From Nanobdella aerobiophila (GTDB lineage Archaea; Nanobdellota; Nanobdellia; Nanobdellales; Nanobdellaceae), in the NCBI RefSeq assembly GCF_023169545.1, contig NZ_AP019769.1:480001-512000 (forward strand): 32,000 bases of DNA, written 5' to 3'. The position numbers and the translations under genes are program-made. Positions 17,848-28,340 of the stretch are shown here, one piece after another. The notes beneath the pieces were generated by a model that worked only from the letters and a program-made list of their open reading frames with translations, was not told the DNA's origin and searched no databases. The number at the start of each line of letters is the position of its first letter. Position 1 is the first letter of the stretch.

Positions 17848-19203
17848 ATGTCCATTTCTCAAAATATTGATTTAAGTAACTTAAACGATTCTTACTATTA
17901 TAGATTATTATATAATTTATTAGGCCATATGCTACAAAATAAAAAAATTAAAGATGTTGATAGATTATTAGAAATATTAAAAGATGAAATAGAGAAAACT
18001 ATTAAGGAAGATTTTAGAGCATCCATATTAGTTACTTCTGTTTCAAAAGAAGAAGGTAGAAATTTTTATTTACCAGGAGAATCATTGTTATCTGAGGATG
18101 AAGTAAAAGAAATAATAGATGATTTAGATGGAATTTATATATATAACAATAAAAGAATATTTTTATTCAAAATAAAAAATAGTAGAGTATTTGAAAATTA
18201 TAAAAAAGAAATTATAGCTACTATGAAAAAAATTTATAATGAAAAGAAAAATCAAATTGATGAAGGAATAGATTTTAAAAGATTATTGGAAAAAGTAAAT
18301 GCTCAAAAGATAAAAAAATTATATTTATCAAGTAGTGACCGTAATAATAAAAAAAGTAGTGGTAAGGCTTATTCAAATATAGCGCTCTTCTTAATATTAA
18401 ATGATTTTATCTTATATATTTTAAAATATATCAACAAATATTCTAATGTAAAAAGTGATGATGAATTATTAATTCAGCTATTAAATAGAGATGAAAATAT
18501 ATTATATGTACCAGCAGTTTTTACTGTTTTAGGAAGTGAAAAAAAGAGAAAATATTATATTAATAACTTAGTAGATTTTATTTTTAAATTCTATCCAGAA
18601 GAAAAAACAAAAGTAAGCGAATATTCAATTATCGGAAGTTTTTTATTTTCTTTTTATATAATAGATAAAGATTTTAGAGATAAAGTTCTAGGATTATTAG
18701 ATAAATTCTTATATTATTTAATTTTTAAAGAATATATAAATTGGGCTATTTTATCTCAAATGATCTCTATATTTTATGATTATAATTCTAAGAAATTTAT
18801 AAGAAATAATAAAAAACCTATCTCAATAAAGGGAATAAAGTTCTTCATCATGATGGATTTAAAAAAATATTTCCATTGGGCATATGAAACTGGAAAAACA
18901 ATAATAAAAGAAAGTCCTACAAACGGAAAAGATTATATAGAAGAAATAATAAAAAATATAAGAAAAGAAGAATTACCAGGTAGATTTAAAGATGAACTAT
19001 ATAATTCTTTATATAAAATAACTGAAAAAATAAAGAAAGAAAAAGGAAATCCTAACTTTAATTTAGAAATAGATAAAGATATAATTGAAAAAAATCATTA
19101 TGGAGACGAATTTTATAAATTGAAATCAGCTATTATGGCTGGATTTATTAATTCATTAAGTTATAAATCTGAAGAGGCCAATACAAATAATAATATATCA
19201 TGA
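17848..19203 (+). CDS. Putative Cas8 (type I-B-like large subunit)
   Basis: 451 aa protein immediately upstream of and overlapping cas7; position, size and helical C-terminus fit a Cas8b-like subunit. Assigned mostly by context. Confidence 0.6.
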   Translation: MSISQNIDLSNLNDSYYYRLLYNLLGHMLQNKKIKDVDRLLEILKDEIEKTIKEDFRASILVTSVSKEEGRNFYLPGESLLSEDEVKEIIDDLDGIYIYNNKRIFLFKIKNSRVFENYKKEIIATMKKIYNEKKNQIDEGIDFKRLLEKVNAQKIKKLYLSSSDRNNKKSSGKAYSNIALFLILNDFILYILKYINKYSNVKSDDELLIQLLNRDENILYVPAVFTVLGSEKKRKYYINNLVDFIFKFYPEEKTKVSEYSIIGSFLFSFYIIDKDFRDKVLGLLDKFLYYLIFKEYINWAILSQMISIFYDYNSKKFIRNNKKPISIKGIKFFIMMDLKKYFHWAYETGKTIIKESPTNGKDYIEEIIKNIRKEELPGRFKDELYNSLYKITEKIKKEKGNPNFNLEIDKDIIEKNHYGDEFYKLKSAIMAGFINSLSYKSEEANTNNNIS

Positions 19204-20111
19204 TGAAGACAGTACAAATATCTATATTGGCTAGAGTATACGGAAATGTAAATGCGGATGAGAATATAGGAAATAGAATAACATTAAAGAAATTTTATAG
19301 TTCAGAAGGAGAAGTATTGCCATTTGTTTCAGCTAGAGCGATAAAATATTCAATAAGAGAAGCATTAAAAAACTCTGAATTTAAGACAGATCCATTTGTA
19401 AATGAAAGAACAGTGCTTGCAGATTCTGGAGATCCTATAACTTATGTAGATAATGATTTGTTTGGATTTATGGTTCCAGTTAAGAGAGAAAAAAGTGGAA
19501 AGGGAGAATCTATTAAGAGACAAGCACCAGTAGCCATATCATATTTTAAAGCATTAAAAAATACACCTATTAGTACAGAATTTGGTGCTAAATTTCCTAA
19601 AGAGGGGGATTCGAATCCAACACCATTTGAAGTAGAAGTTTCTGACTTTATAGGAAAATTAAACGTGTTAATATATGATTATATTGGAAAATTTAAAGAA
19701 CAAGAATTAAAAAATGTAAAAAATAAAGAAAATTTAGAAAAAAATGGAGATTTTTATGTATTAAAAAAAGAGGAAAGAGAAAAAAGATTAGGAAAATTCT
19801 TAGAAATATTATTGACTCCCAAATATGTTTTACCAAGAAGGTCGAATTCATTAAATATACCAGAATATATAATAGCCATTATAGTATTAAATAAGAAAGG
19901 TGTATTACCCATATACCAGTATTTAGATTATGTTATTAAAGATGGTAAAATTGAGATAAATAAGGAAAAATTTGAAAAATTAGAGTCTCTATGTAAAAAT
20001 AGTGAAAGTGAATTATATATAATAGATTATGAAAACATATTAAATGAAAATATAGAGAATAAAATAGACGTAAATACTGTAATTCAAAAAATAAAAGAAC
20101 ATTTACTATGA
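19200..20111 (+). CDS. cas7: CRISPR-associated protein Cas7 (DevR/Csh2/Cst2-like)
   Basis: ISILARVYGNVNADENIGNRITLKKFYSSEGEVLPFVSARAIKYSIREAL typical Cas7 N-terminus; position between cas8 and cas5. Confidence 0.87.
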   Translation: MMKTVQISILARVYGNVNADENIGNRITLKKFYSSEGEVLPFVSARAIKYSIREALKNSEFKTDPFVNERTVLADSGDPITYVDNDLFGFMVPVKREKSGKGESIKRQAPVAISYFKALKNTPISTEFGAKFPKEGDSNPTPFEVEVSDFIGKLNVLIYDYIGKFKEQELKNVKNKENLEKNGDFYVLKKEEREKRLGKFLEILLTPKYVLPRRSNSLNIPEYIIAIIVLNKKGVLPIYQYLDYVIKDGKIEINKEKFEKLESLCKNSESELYIIDYENILNENIENKIDVNTVIQKIKEHLL

Positions 20112-20836
20112 AAGCTCTTGCTTTTAGGATTTCTTTTTTTGAATCTTTATTTACAGTTCATTATACTAAAGCATTTAAATTATCTTATCCAACACTTTTA
20201 CCCATTACTGTTTTTGGTCTTTTAGGAAATATATGTGGATATGATAGGGGAGAAATAGTTGAAAAACTTGGAAATTTTTATTTTGGATCTACATTTATAA
20301 AAGGAGATCCTACAGAAGAAAATATAACTTTTATACAATTTAAGAATGAAGGAAAAGGTAAATATAGAAGTGGAGTTGTAAAAACTCAAGTATACAGTAA
20401 TTCTGAACATATAATCGTAGTAGCTGGGGAAGAAAATGAACTAAGAAGGAAGATAATAGATAAAATAAGAAAAATAGATTTAGATACTATAAAAGATGAA
20501 TATGGAGAATGGAAGATAATAAGAACTATTAGATATCCATACGGTGGACAAAATGATTTTTTTGCAAAAGATATACGAATTTTAGATAAACTTTTAGAAG
20601 TAGAAAAAGATAATATAGTCAGAGGTTACGTCGTTTCTTCATTAATCAAATCGATAAATAAAGATACAAATATAGAAATATTACCTGCAAGATACAAAAA
20701 TAGGTTAGAATATTTTATATTTGTTAAAAAGGGATATGTAGAATTGAAAGAACCTATAGATTCTGTATTAAAGATTCCTTTATATAAAATAAAAGACTTT
20801 GCCATATACAAGAATGTGCAAATCCCATCCTTATAA
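20108..20836 (+). CDS. cas5: CRISPR-associated protein Cas5
   Basis: MKALAFRISFFESLFTVHYTKAFKLSYPTLLPITVFGLLGNICGYDR: Cas5 N-terminal RAMP signature. Confidence 0.87.
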   Translation: MKALAFRISFFESLFTVHYTKAFKLSYPTLLPITVFGLLGNICGYDRGEIVEKLGNFYFGSTFIKGDPTEENITFIQFKNEGKGKYRSGVVKTQVYSNSEHIIVVAGEENELRRKIIDKIRKIDLDTIKDEYGEWKIIRTIRYPYGGQNDFFAKDIRILDKLLEVEKDNIVRGYVVSSLIKSINKDTNIEILPARYKNRLEYFIFVKKGYVELKEPIDSVLKIPLYKIKDFAIYKNVQIPSL

Positions 20837-23129
20837 ATATTTATCTCAACATATTCAAGAGATAAATTATATTTTTTATAAATTATTAGATTTTTATGAT
20901 ATAAAAATAAATGAAAAAGAAAAGAAGCTTTTTGAATATGTCATAAAGTATCATGATATAGGAAAATGTAGAGAAGAATTTCAAGAATATATAAAAAATA
21001 TTGAAGAAAATAAAAAAGTATCTTCTCCGGGTAGTCATTCTTTATGGTCTATAGAAAAAATAGAAGAATTACTTAAGAAAAATAGTTTCTGGAATAAAGA
21101 TAAAGAATTTGTTAAAGAATATGATATATTGATATCTTATCTAATTGCGAAACATCATTCTAATTTAACATTAGAGTTTCCAAAAAATATAAAGAAGCAA
21201 TTAGCAAAGCTAATATTAATAATGAAGAATACAAATAAAGTTGATGAAAAAACTATAACAATTCTATATGATCATATTGAATTGTACTATAAGTTATATT
21301 TTATACGCAATTTTTCAAGTATGGATGATATAATAAAAATTGCAGATTTATATGGTATATTTAAGATAGCCGATGTATTATCTGCAAAAAATGGACTTAA
21401 TGATATCGATAAATTAACTAAAAGAATAGAAATAAAAAGAGAAGATATAAAAAAGATTATTAAACATAAATTAGACGAAAAAAGATGGCTAGTTCAAAAT
21501 AAGTTGTCAGAATATGATTATTTATTTTTGAGAGCTCCAACAGGATGGGGGAAAACAACAACTTCATTATTTTTTGCAATGAATAAAAATTATAGAAAGA
21601 TATTCATAACTTTACCTACAATTACATCTATTAAAAAATTTTATGATAGTTTGACAAAAATATTCAATAAAGATGAAGTAGGCATGTATTTTTATTTCTA
21701 TGACGCATTATTAAATATTAATGATGAAATTGATGAAAGAATAAATTCATTATTTTATATTCAAAATTTATATTCTCCAATTAATATAACTACTGTTGAT
21801 CAAATATTGTTATCCTTCCTACAAGCAGGAAAATACTTTTTAAAAAGATTAAATTTAAGGAAATCCATGTTAATTATTGATGAAGTACACTTATTAACTC
21901 CACAAATGATCTTTTTATTAAAAAAATTTATACAATATTTAGTACCAATTTACGATATAAAATTATTATTAATGTCTGCTACATTTCCCAGGGGTTTAAA
22001 AGAATATCTGCTTGAAGGTTTGCCTAATAATAATGTAAAATTTGGTGCAATAGATATATATGGTATATGGGATAAAGGATATTATGATGAGTATTATTAT
22101 AATAGAAAAAGATTCGAATTATTTATTGAAGATAATGATATATTAGAAAATATTGATTTTATTATTAAAGAAAATAAAGATAATAAAAGTATCTTGGTAA
22201 TTACTAATACTGTAGAAAAAGCTGTAGCTATATATAAAAAATTAAGGGATGATTATAATACAAAAAATATATTATTATTGCATTCTAGATATATGTTTAA
22301 AGATAGAGAAGATAAAGAAAATAAAATAGATAAAATAATAAATAAGAAAGGAATATTAATTTCTACTCAAATTTCGGAAGTTTCTTTAGATATAGATTTC
22401 GATATATTATTTACAGAAATGGCCCCTATATCTTCATTAGTCCAAAGGTTTGGAAGAGTAAATAGATATGGACTGAAAACAGATGCAAAAGTATATGTAT
22501 TTTATCCTTTAGAGATAAAGGAGATGAAAGGAGATGAGAGAAAAATATATCCATATAATATAGAAGAAATAAAAAAATCTAAGGAAATATTAAAAAAATT
22601 AATGGATGAAAGAAATTTAAGTGAAGGAAATTTGATAAATATAATAGATAGAGAATATAATATAAACTTTTATAAAGATTTAATTAATAATGAAGGAATA
22701 GAAAAATTATATAGAGACCTTTTTGAGATTAGAAATGAAAAGTCTACATTATGGTTCTTCTCTAGTATATATGAAGAAGATGGCAGAAAATTATTAGAAT
22801 TTAGGGATAATATTACAACTTTAATTATACCTTATGGCGAGCTATTATTTAATAAAGAGAAAGATCTATATAACAAAATAATAAATAATTTAATAAATAA
22901 ATATGAATCATTAAGAAATACAGGTTCTTATGAAGACTGGGTTAAATTTTTTGCGAAAGCAAAATTATATTCTGTACCAGTACCAATTTGGGTATTTGTC
23001 AATAGTAAAGAAAATGATGAAAAATACGGATTTCCAATAATAGAAGAACTACCAGAAGGAATAAATTATAAGTATTCTTCAGAATATGGTTTTATAAACT
23101 TAGATAAATTAAAAAAGTATGGGATTTAA
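20799..23129 (+). CDS. cas3: CRISPR-associated nuclease/helicase Cas3 (HD + SF2 helicase)
   Basis: HD region (YHDIGKCREEF, AKHHS), APTGWGKTT, IIDEVHLL, MSATFP, STQISEVSLDIDFD, LVQRFGRVNRYG. Confidence 0.95.
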   Translation: MPYTRMCKSHPYKYLSQHIQEINYIFYKLLDFYDIKINEKEKKLFEYVIKYHDIGKCREEFQEYIKNIEENKKVSSPGSHSLWSIEKIEELLKKNSFWNKDKEFVKEYDILISYLIAKHHSNLTLEFPKNIKKQLAKLILIMKNTNKVDEKTITILYDHIELYYKLYFIRNFSSMDDIIKIADLYGIFKIADVLSAKNGLNDIDKLTKRIEIKREDIKKIIKHKLDEKRWLVQNKLSEYDYLFLRAPTGWGKTTTSLFFAMNKNYRKIFITLPTITSIKKFYDSLTKIFNKDEVGMYFYFYDALLNINDEIDERINSLFYIQNLYSPINITTVDQILLSFLQAGKYFLKRLNLRKSMLIIDEVHLLTPQMIFLLKKFIQYLVPIYDIKLLLMSATFPRGLKEYLLEGLPNNNVKFGAIDIYGIWDKGYYDEYYYNRKRFELFIEDNDILENIDFIIKENKDNKSILVITNTVEKAVAIYKKLRDDYNTKNILLLHSRYMFKDREDKENKIDKIINKKGILISTQISEVSLDIDFDILFTEMAPISSLVQRFGRVNRYGLKTDAKVYVFYPLEIKEMKGDERKIYPYNIEEIKKSKEILKKLMDERNLSEGNLINIIDREYNINFYKDLINNEGIEKLYRDLFEIRNEKSTLWFFSSIYEEDGRKLLEFRDNITTLIIPYGELLFNKEKDLYNKIINNLINKYESLRNTGSYEDWVKFFAKAKLYSVPVPIWVFVNSKENDEKYGFPIIEELPEGINYKYSSEYGFINLDKLKKYGI

Positions 23130-23149
23130 ATCGATAAAGATAATAATAT

Positions 23150-24160
23150 CTAGTATCTTAACCTAAAAGCTTCAAAAGGATATTCTTCTATTAGATATCT
23201 TTCTAAATTATAGCATTGTTTTCTAATAAATGTTTTTATACTCTTTCTACCTTTACCTTTTATTTTTATTGTCTCATCTATCCTTTTATCAAATTCTTTT
23301 ATAACTAATTTCCTTCCGTATTCATTTAATAATATACTATCTAATCCCTTCACAAAATGCTCCGATTTTATCATATCTTGATTTATTAACCATATTAATA
23401 TTCTAAAGGTAATTATTGGTTTAAATGGTTCTGCAAAATCTAGTGCTAGAGAAAATCTTCTTTCAAATGGTTCATGTAAAAAAGATATTGTAGGATCTAA
23501 GTGAGTTTTATAAATTTCAGATAATACTTGAGAATATAATAACATATTTGAAAAGCTAACTATTGCGTTTGCTTCATTTCTTGGAGGTCTTCTTGTTCTT
23601 TTTTCTAACTTATATGTTTTTAATACTTTATCTAACGCGTCATAAAATATTTGCCATATATTACTCTCTATACCTAATATAATATTTATAGAATTTTTCC
23701 AATCATTAAAATTCCTTTTAAATTCTTCTTTTACATTATAAGATCTTAATCTTTGTACATAATCTTTTATTTCACTGTATTTTTCCAATACTTTTATCAT
23801 ATTATATCTTGTAGCATCTACAATTTCTAATGCTATTTCAGATCTTTTCTGTATATCATTATATGCTAGTGCTTGTTTTATATGAATTATCCCCGCCGGA
23901 TTCTTATGTTTAGGAACAAAAGATCCTAGATGATAAAATATTCCTTTTTCTCTATTTTCATAGAAGAAATGCAAAAATATATTTCTATCAGCAATTAATT
24001 TTAACGCATTATATGTTATGGAAACTTTATTTAATATAAAAATATTTGATATGTTTTCTAATGGTATAGCCCTCTTCTTTTTATCTTTATCAATAAAATA
24101 CAAATTATTATATTTTCTAAATAATTTTCCTATTGAAATAATGTATATATTCTTGCTCAT
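23150..24160 (-). CDS. cas1: CRISPR-associated integrase Cas1
   Basis: NEANAIVSFSNMLLYSQVLSEIYKTHLDPTISFLHEPFERRFSLALDFAEPFKPIITFRILIWL: Cas1 catalytic core. Confidence 0.96.
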   Translation of the reverse strand: MSKNIYIISIGKLFRKYNNLYFIDKDKKKRAIPLENISNIFILNKVSITYNALKLIADRNIFLHFFYENREKGIFYHLGSFVPKHKNPAGIIHIKQALAYNDIQKRSEIALEIVDATRYNMIKVLEKYSEIKDYVQRLRSYNVKEEFKRNFNDWKNSINIILGIESNIWQIFYDALDKVLKTYKLEKRTRRPPRNEANAIVSFSNMLLYSQVLSEIYKTHLDPTISFLHEPFERRFSLALDFAEPFKPIITFRILIWLINQDMIKSEHFVKGLDSILLNEYGRKLVIKEFDKRIDETIKIKGKGRKSIKTFIRKQCYNLERYLIEEYPFEAFRLRY

Positions 24161-24173
24161 ATATTAATATATT

Positions 24174-24437
24174 ATGGTTTACGTTATTATAGTTTATGAT
24201 ATAAATATTGAAAGACAAAACAAAGTCAGGGAGTTTTTAAAGATGCATCTAAATCATGTTCAAAATTCTGTTTTTGAAGGAGAAATTTTAGAAAGTAGTT
24301 TATTCTTTATAAAAAAGAGATTAGAAAAAATTATTAACAAAGAAGAAGATTCCGTGTTAATATATGTTCTGCCAGGTAGAGGTTACATAAAAGAAAGAAT
24401 AGAATTAGGGAAAAATAAAGAGTACGAATTTCTCTAA
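24174..24437 (+). CDS. cas2: CRISPR-associated protein Cas2
   Basis: VYVIIVYDINIERQNKVREFLKMHLNHVQNSVFEGEI typical Cas2. Confidence 0.95.
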   Translation: MVYVIIVYDINIERQNKVREFLKMHLNHVQNSVFEGEILESSLFFIKKRLEKIINKEEDSVLIYVLPGRGYIKERIELGKNKEYEFL

Positions 24438-24725
24438 TTATATTATAAAAGTTGCAGTAATCTATTTATTATAAAATAATATTTTTTATAATGTTTTATT
24501 TAATATTATTGTAGGCATAAATAAATGTGATATAAAAATAAAAGTATTAGTAATTCTCAAAAAATTTAATAAAATAGTTAATGGAAAGTTTTTACGTCAT
24601 CAAAAATATATTACAACCTATGCGAGGTTTTGTAGGAGTTTTCTTTAATGAACCTTGCAGAATTATAAAAGTTTTATAAGATTTTAGTATTAAATATCTT
24701 AGATAAAGAAGTTGATTATCTTATA
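24438..24725 (+). promoter_or_regulatory. Candidate CRISPR leader
   Basis: AT-rich noncoding segment between cas2 and the first repeat; the degenerate terminal repeat is at the opposite end of the array. Confidence 0.65.
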
Positions 24726-26525
24726 GTTTAAATTAAATTAGAAATATTGAAAGGAAAAAATAGAATTTCATATTTTCAAATTAAAAGATGATAGTTTAAA
24801 TTAAATTAGAAATATTGAAAGAATTGATTTTTTAAAGATTGTTGTAAATTGTAGCCAATATTATTTGGTTTAAATTAAATTAGAAATATTGAAAGGAAAA
24901 AGTATTAAACTCTTTGATAACTAGAGGATACTTAAGTTTAAATTAAATTAGAAATATTGAAAGTCTTAAGATATTGTATGTGAAACAACTGTTACATTGC
25001 CTGTTTAAATTAAATTAGAAATATTGAAAGGTATATTTTATTTTCAATAGCCCACTGCAGTAGTTTGGGTGTTTAAATTAAATTAGAAATATTGAAAGAT
25101 TGTTTTTTATCTGAATTTTTTAATATATAATCAACATTGTTTAAATTAAATTAGAAATATTGAAAGTCTTCTTATTGTAGGGCTTTTAACTTCAGCTTTT
25201 ATTTCTGTTTAAATTAAATTAGAAATATTGAAAGATATTAGAATCATCCACCATGGGAAATTAGTCTGTTTTTGTCTTAGGTTTAAATTAAATTAGAAAT
25301 ATTGAAAGTTATCTTGCGTTATGTTCTCTAAAGTATTAGCTTTATTTTGTTTAAATTAAATTAGAAATATTGAAAGATATTTACTAATCTACAATTTATA
25401 AAACAATATATAGTTGTTTAAATTAAATTAGAAATATTGAAAGAAATCTATAGTTAATGTGTCTAAAATTTCACTATAATCGTTTAAATTAAATTAGAAA
25501 TATTGAAAGTACATATTATTAAAGTTAACTGTAACTGTGCTACCAAACTGATTTTGTTTAAATTAAATTAGAAATATTGAAAGTGCTTCTATCTTTTGTA
25601 AATGGATGGGGATTTTAAAATAGAAAATATGTTTAAATTAAATTAGAAATATTGAAAGGCATGGTTCTTTGATGTATATTACAAGGGCAAAAGGGTAAAG
25701 TTTAAATTAAATTAGAAATATTGAAAGTTCTTTTATCCAAATGCTTTAACTTCTTCAGGAACATATAATGTTTAAATTAAATTAGAAATATTGAAAGATG
25801 AAAATTTTTATGTTATAAACTTTCAATAAATCTAAAAAATAGTTTAAATTAAATTAGAAATATTGAAAGGACACATATTGAGTAACTATTGGAGTGAAAT
25901 ATGCTATTAGTTTAAATTAAATTAGAAATATTGAAAGTATACTTTTGTTGGAAATTCATATAGTGATGTAGGGAGCTTTGTTTAAATTAAATTAGAAATA
26001 TTGAAAGCTATTGGGAGTATTTATCTTCTCTACTTTCCCAAGCAGGGCTAAATTAGTTTATAAGTTTAAATTAAAATAGAAATATTGAAAGATTTGATTT
26101 TGAAATTCGGTAGAATATGCGTAGACATATATCAATGTTTAAATTAAATTAGAAATATTGAAAGGCAACGTCTAATAATGCTTTTACTTGTGGGTTCTTA
26201 ATATAATTAGCAAGTTTAAATTAAATTAGAAATATTGAAAGGTTCTAGATATTTCTTATATCCATCTTGGTCATATTTAGTAGTTTAAATTAAATTAGAA
26301 ATATTGAAAGATTAGCGATGCTTGTAAAGTAAATGTATATGTACCTGATGAGTTTAAATTAAATTAGAAATATTGAAAGTTTATATATGCTAAACAAATA
26401 CTTAATAAAGATGTAGATGTAATATGTTTAAATTAAATTAGAAATATTGAAAGTAACTATCCAAAATTTCTCTTACTTTTTTATTAAATTCTTCTAAGTT
26501 TAAATTAAATTAGAAATATTTAAAT
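24726..26525 (+). CRISPR. CRISPR array, 26 repeats of 28 nt (GTTTAAATTAAATTAGAAATATTGAAAG), 25 spacers
   Basis: Repeat starts: 24726, 24794, 24868, 24936, 25003, 25071, 25139, 25207, 25281, 25349, 25416, 25482, 25556, 25631, 25700, 25770, 25842, 25910, 25980, 26064 (one T to A variant), 26137, 26214, 26283, 26352, 26426, 26498 (degenerate 3' end). Spacers 38-56 nt. Confidence 0.99.
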
Positions 26526-26570
26526 ATTGAGCTTTTAGACTACTACGAACCTTTTTTATTAATCTTTTGT

Positions 26571-26990
26571 TTAAACGAAATTATAAATATTTAGGTCATG
26601 ATAATTCGACTTGAATTTTTCAATTTCCTCTGCTAAAGGTGCTTCTATAATTCTTATATTTTTTAAATCTTTCGTAATCGTATTTGTTTATTACTCTCCT
26701 TTTGATACTAGGAATCGAATAAGCTAAAGAAAACAATGACCTATAAATTCCAGAGTTACTAGGATGATCTTCTGAATGTAAGATCATTCTGTATTGAAAT
26801 TTTGCATTTATATATAGAGATAAAAATTAAACTCTTCAAGGCACAAATATAACTCTTATTATATTATATTACATTTTTTATATTAGTTGTTAAAAAGAAC
26901 TTTTACTTTTTCTAAATCTTCTATATCTGTCGTGTAATCTGTTCTTCTGATTCTTAACTCATAATAATCTAAATCTTTTAAATTAAGCAT
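26571..26990 (-). pseudogene. Decayed protein-coding gene of unknown family
   Basis: Minus-strand fragments MLNLKDLDYYELRIRRTDYTTDIEDLEKVKVLFNN*, then KFQYRMILHSEDHPSNSGIYRSLFSLAYSIPSIKRRVINKYDYERF continuing after a frameshift as KNIRIIEAPLAEEIEKFKSNYHDLNIYNFV*. Confidence 0.5.
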
Positions 26991-27087
26991 ATTTTAATTT
27001 TAAATTTATAATTATTTTTAACTATATATAAAACTTTAAGTAAAGTAAAATCTTAAACAAAGGATTATTTAACAATAGATTTAAACT

Positions 27088-28113
27088 TTATATAGATAAT
27101 TTAATACTAGATATTTTATTTCCTTTATATGTTATTAATGTGTATCTTTTAATGTTATTATCCAATGCTAGAGACCATATTGTTTTAGTTCCGTATTTTA
27201 ACTTAGATCTTTGCATTACTCTCTTGTCTGTTAAAAGTTTTATTATGTCAGAATATTGAAATGTATCTCTATTTTTAAACAAATCTGTTAAAATAGTATA
27301 ATACCTTCTAAAACTATTGCTACTTGGATACATTTTGATTATCATATCCTCATTCTGTAATTCTCTATCTATATAATGGTTTGTTTTTACTAATATGTTA
27401 TTTTCTGGATATATTATTTTGAATCTTTCTGTTGTATGTTCTATTACCACGAAGTTATTTTTATCTGCTATAAAGAAATTCATAGGTATGCATATCTTTA
27501 TACTTTTAAAAAGTTCAATAGCTTCTTCCACGTTCTTGCATTTTTCAGCTACTAATTTAACTGCATGTGTTGTATTAATTCCGTATCTATATTTATCATT
27601 ATATGCTGCTATTATACCTATATATAAACCATATTTATTTATGGCATCAGAAGGACTATGAAATCTCATTTTTATATATTTATATCGATCAATACCCATA
27701 TCAGTTACAAAAATAAAAGGATATGCATCTTTATTATAAACTTTTACATACTCAATAAAATCTTCTGCTATGGGGATCCAATCATAGTTCTTTCCAACAA
27801 AAATACCTTTATTATTTTTAACGCCAAATACAGTACATTTTTCTCTTATCTTCTTTACTACGTAATTTAAATATGAAACTAATTCATTACTAATAAGCCA
27901 ATATGTAATTTTATCTTTGTCAATTTTACTGGCATCTATTATGCCTTTTAATTCTTCTAGAAATTCTGGATAATATTTTTTATACATAAGTAACTGATTC
28001 TTATATATTTCTGGATCTATCTTTAAAGTATGTAGATCCATGTATCTTTTATATATATTTCCTTCTTCATATCCAATTTCGTAATAATCGCCAGATAATC
28101 TTCTTAAAATCAT
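27088..28113 (-). CDS. C45-family (acyl-CoA:6-aminopenicillanate acyltransferase-like) Ntn hydrolase
   Basis: 341 aa; CTVFGVKNNKGIFVGKNYDW with candidate nucleophile Cys, AVKLVAEKCKNVEEAIELF, NFFIADKNNFVVIEHT. Confidence 0.75.
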   Translation of the reverse strand: MILRRLSGDYYEIGYEEGNIYKRYMDLHTLKIDPEIYKNQLLMYKKYYPEFLEELKGIIDASKIDKDKITYWLISNELVSYLNYVVKKIREKCTVFGVKNNKGIFVGKNYDWIPIAEDFIEYVKVYNKDAYPFIFVTDMGIDRYKYIKMRFHSPSDAINKYGLYIGIIAAYNDKYRYGINTTHAVKLVAEKCKNVEEAIELFKSIKICIPMNFFIADKNNFVVIEHTTERFKIIYPENNILVKTNHYIDRELQNEDMIIKMYPSSNSFRRYYTILTDLFKNRDTFQYSDIIKLLTDKRVMQRSKLKYGTKTIWSLALDNNIKRYTLITYKGNKISSIKLSI

Positions 28114-28340
28114 AGTAATAATTTATTCACTCTTTTTTTAAATATATGTTTTTCCTTTTCGATCTTATATATGATATGATAATCCTCGAAAGCTAAAACC
28201 TTCATTCCATAATGCCAAAAGTATAATGCTGTATTGTCAATATTTGCTCCCATATCGACAAGGTAATTGTCCGAATTAACAAAGGATTTATATTCTATAT
28301 TTGGAGATCCAAAAGCAAGAGCTTTCAGATAAAAAAACAT
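28110..28340 (-). pseudogene. Fragment of an FkbM-like SAM-dependent methyltransferase
   Basis: YLVDMGANIDNTALYFWHYGMKVLAFEDY resembles the FkbM motif I region (DVGANIGDTALYF...V.A.E); only 76 codons, no rest of the domain. Confidence 0.6.

Noticed and set aside
20222-20811. Minus-strand ORFs 20222..20410 and 20626..20811
   Set aside because: Antisense to cas5, short, no recognisable product.
24754-26497. Self-targeting spacers against this window
   Set aside because: Inspection by eye found no convincing spacer match to other parts of the window; a computed search is still required.
27395-27870. Plus-strand ORFs 27395..27661 and 27658..27870
   Set aside because: Antisense to the C45-family hydrolase; no motifs.
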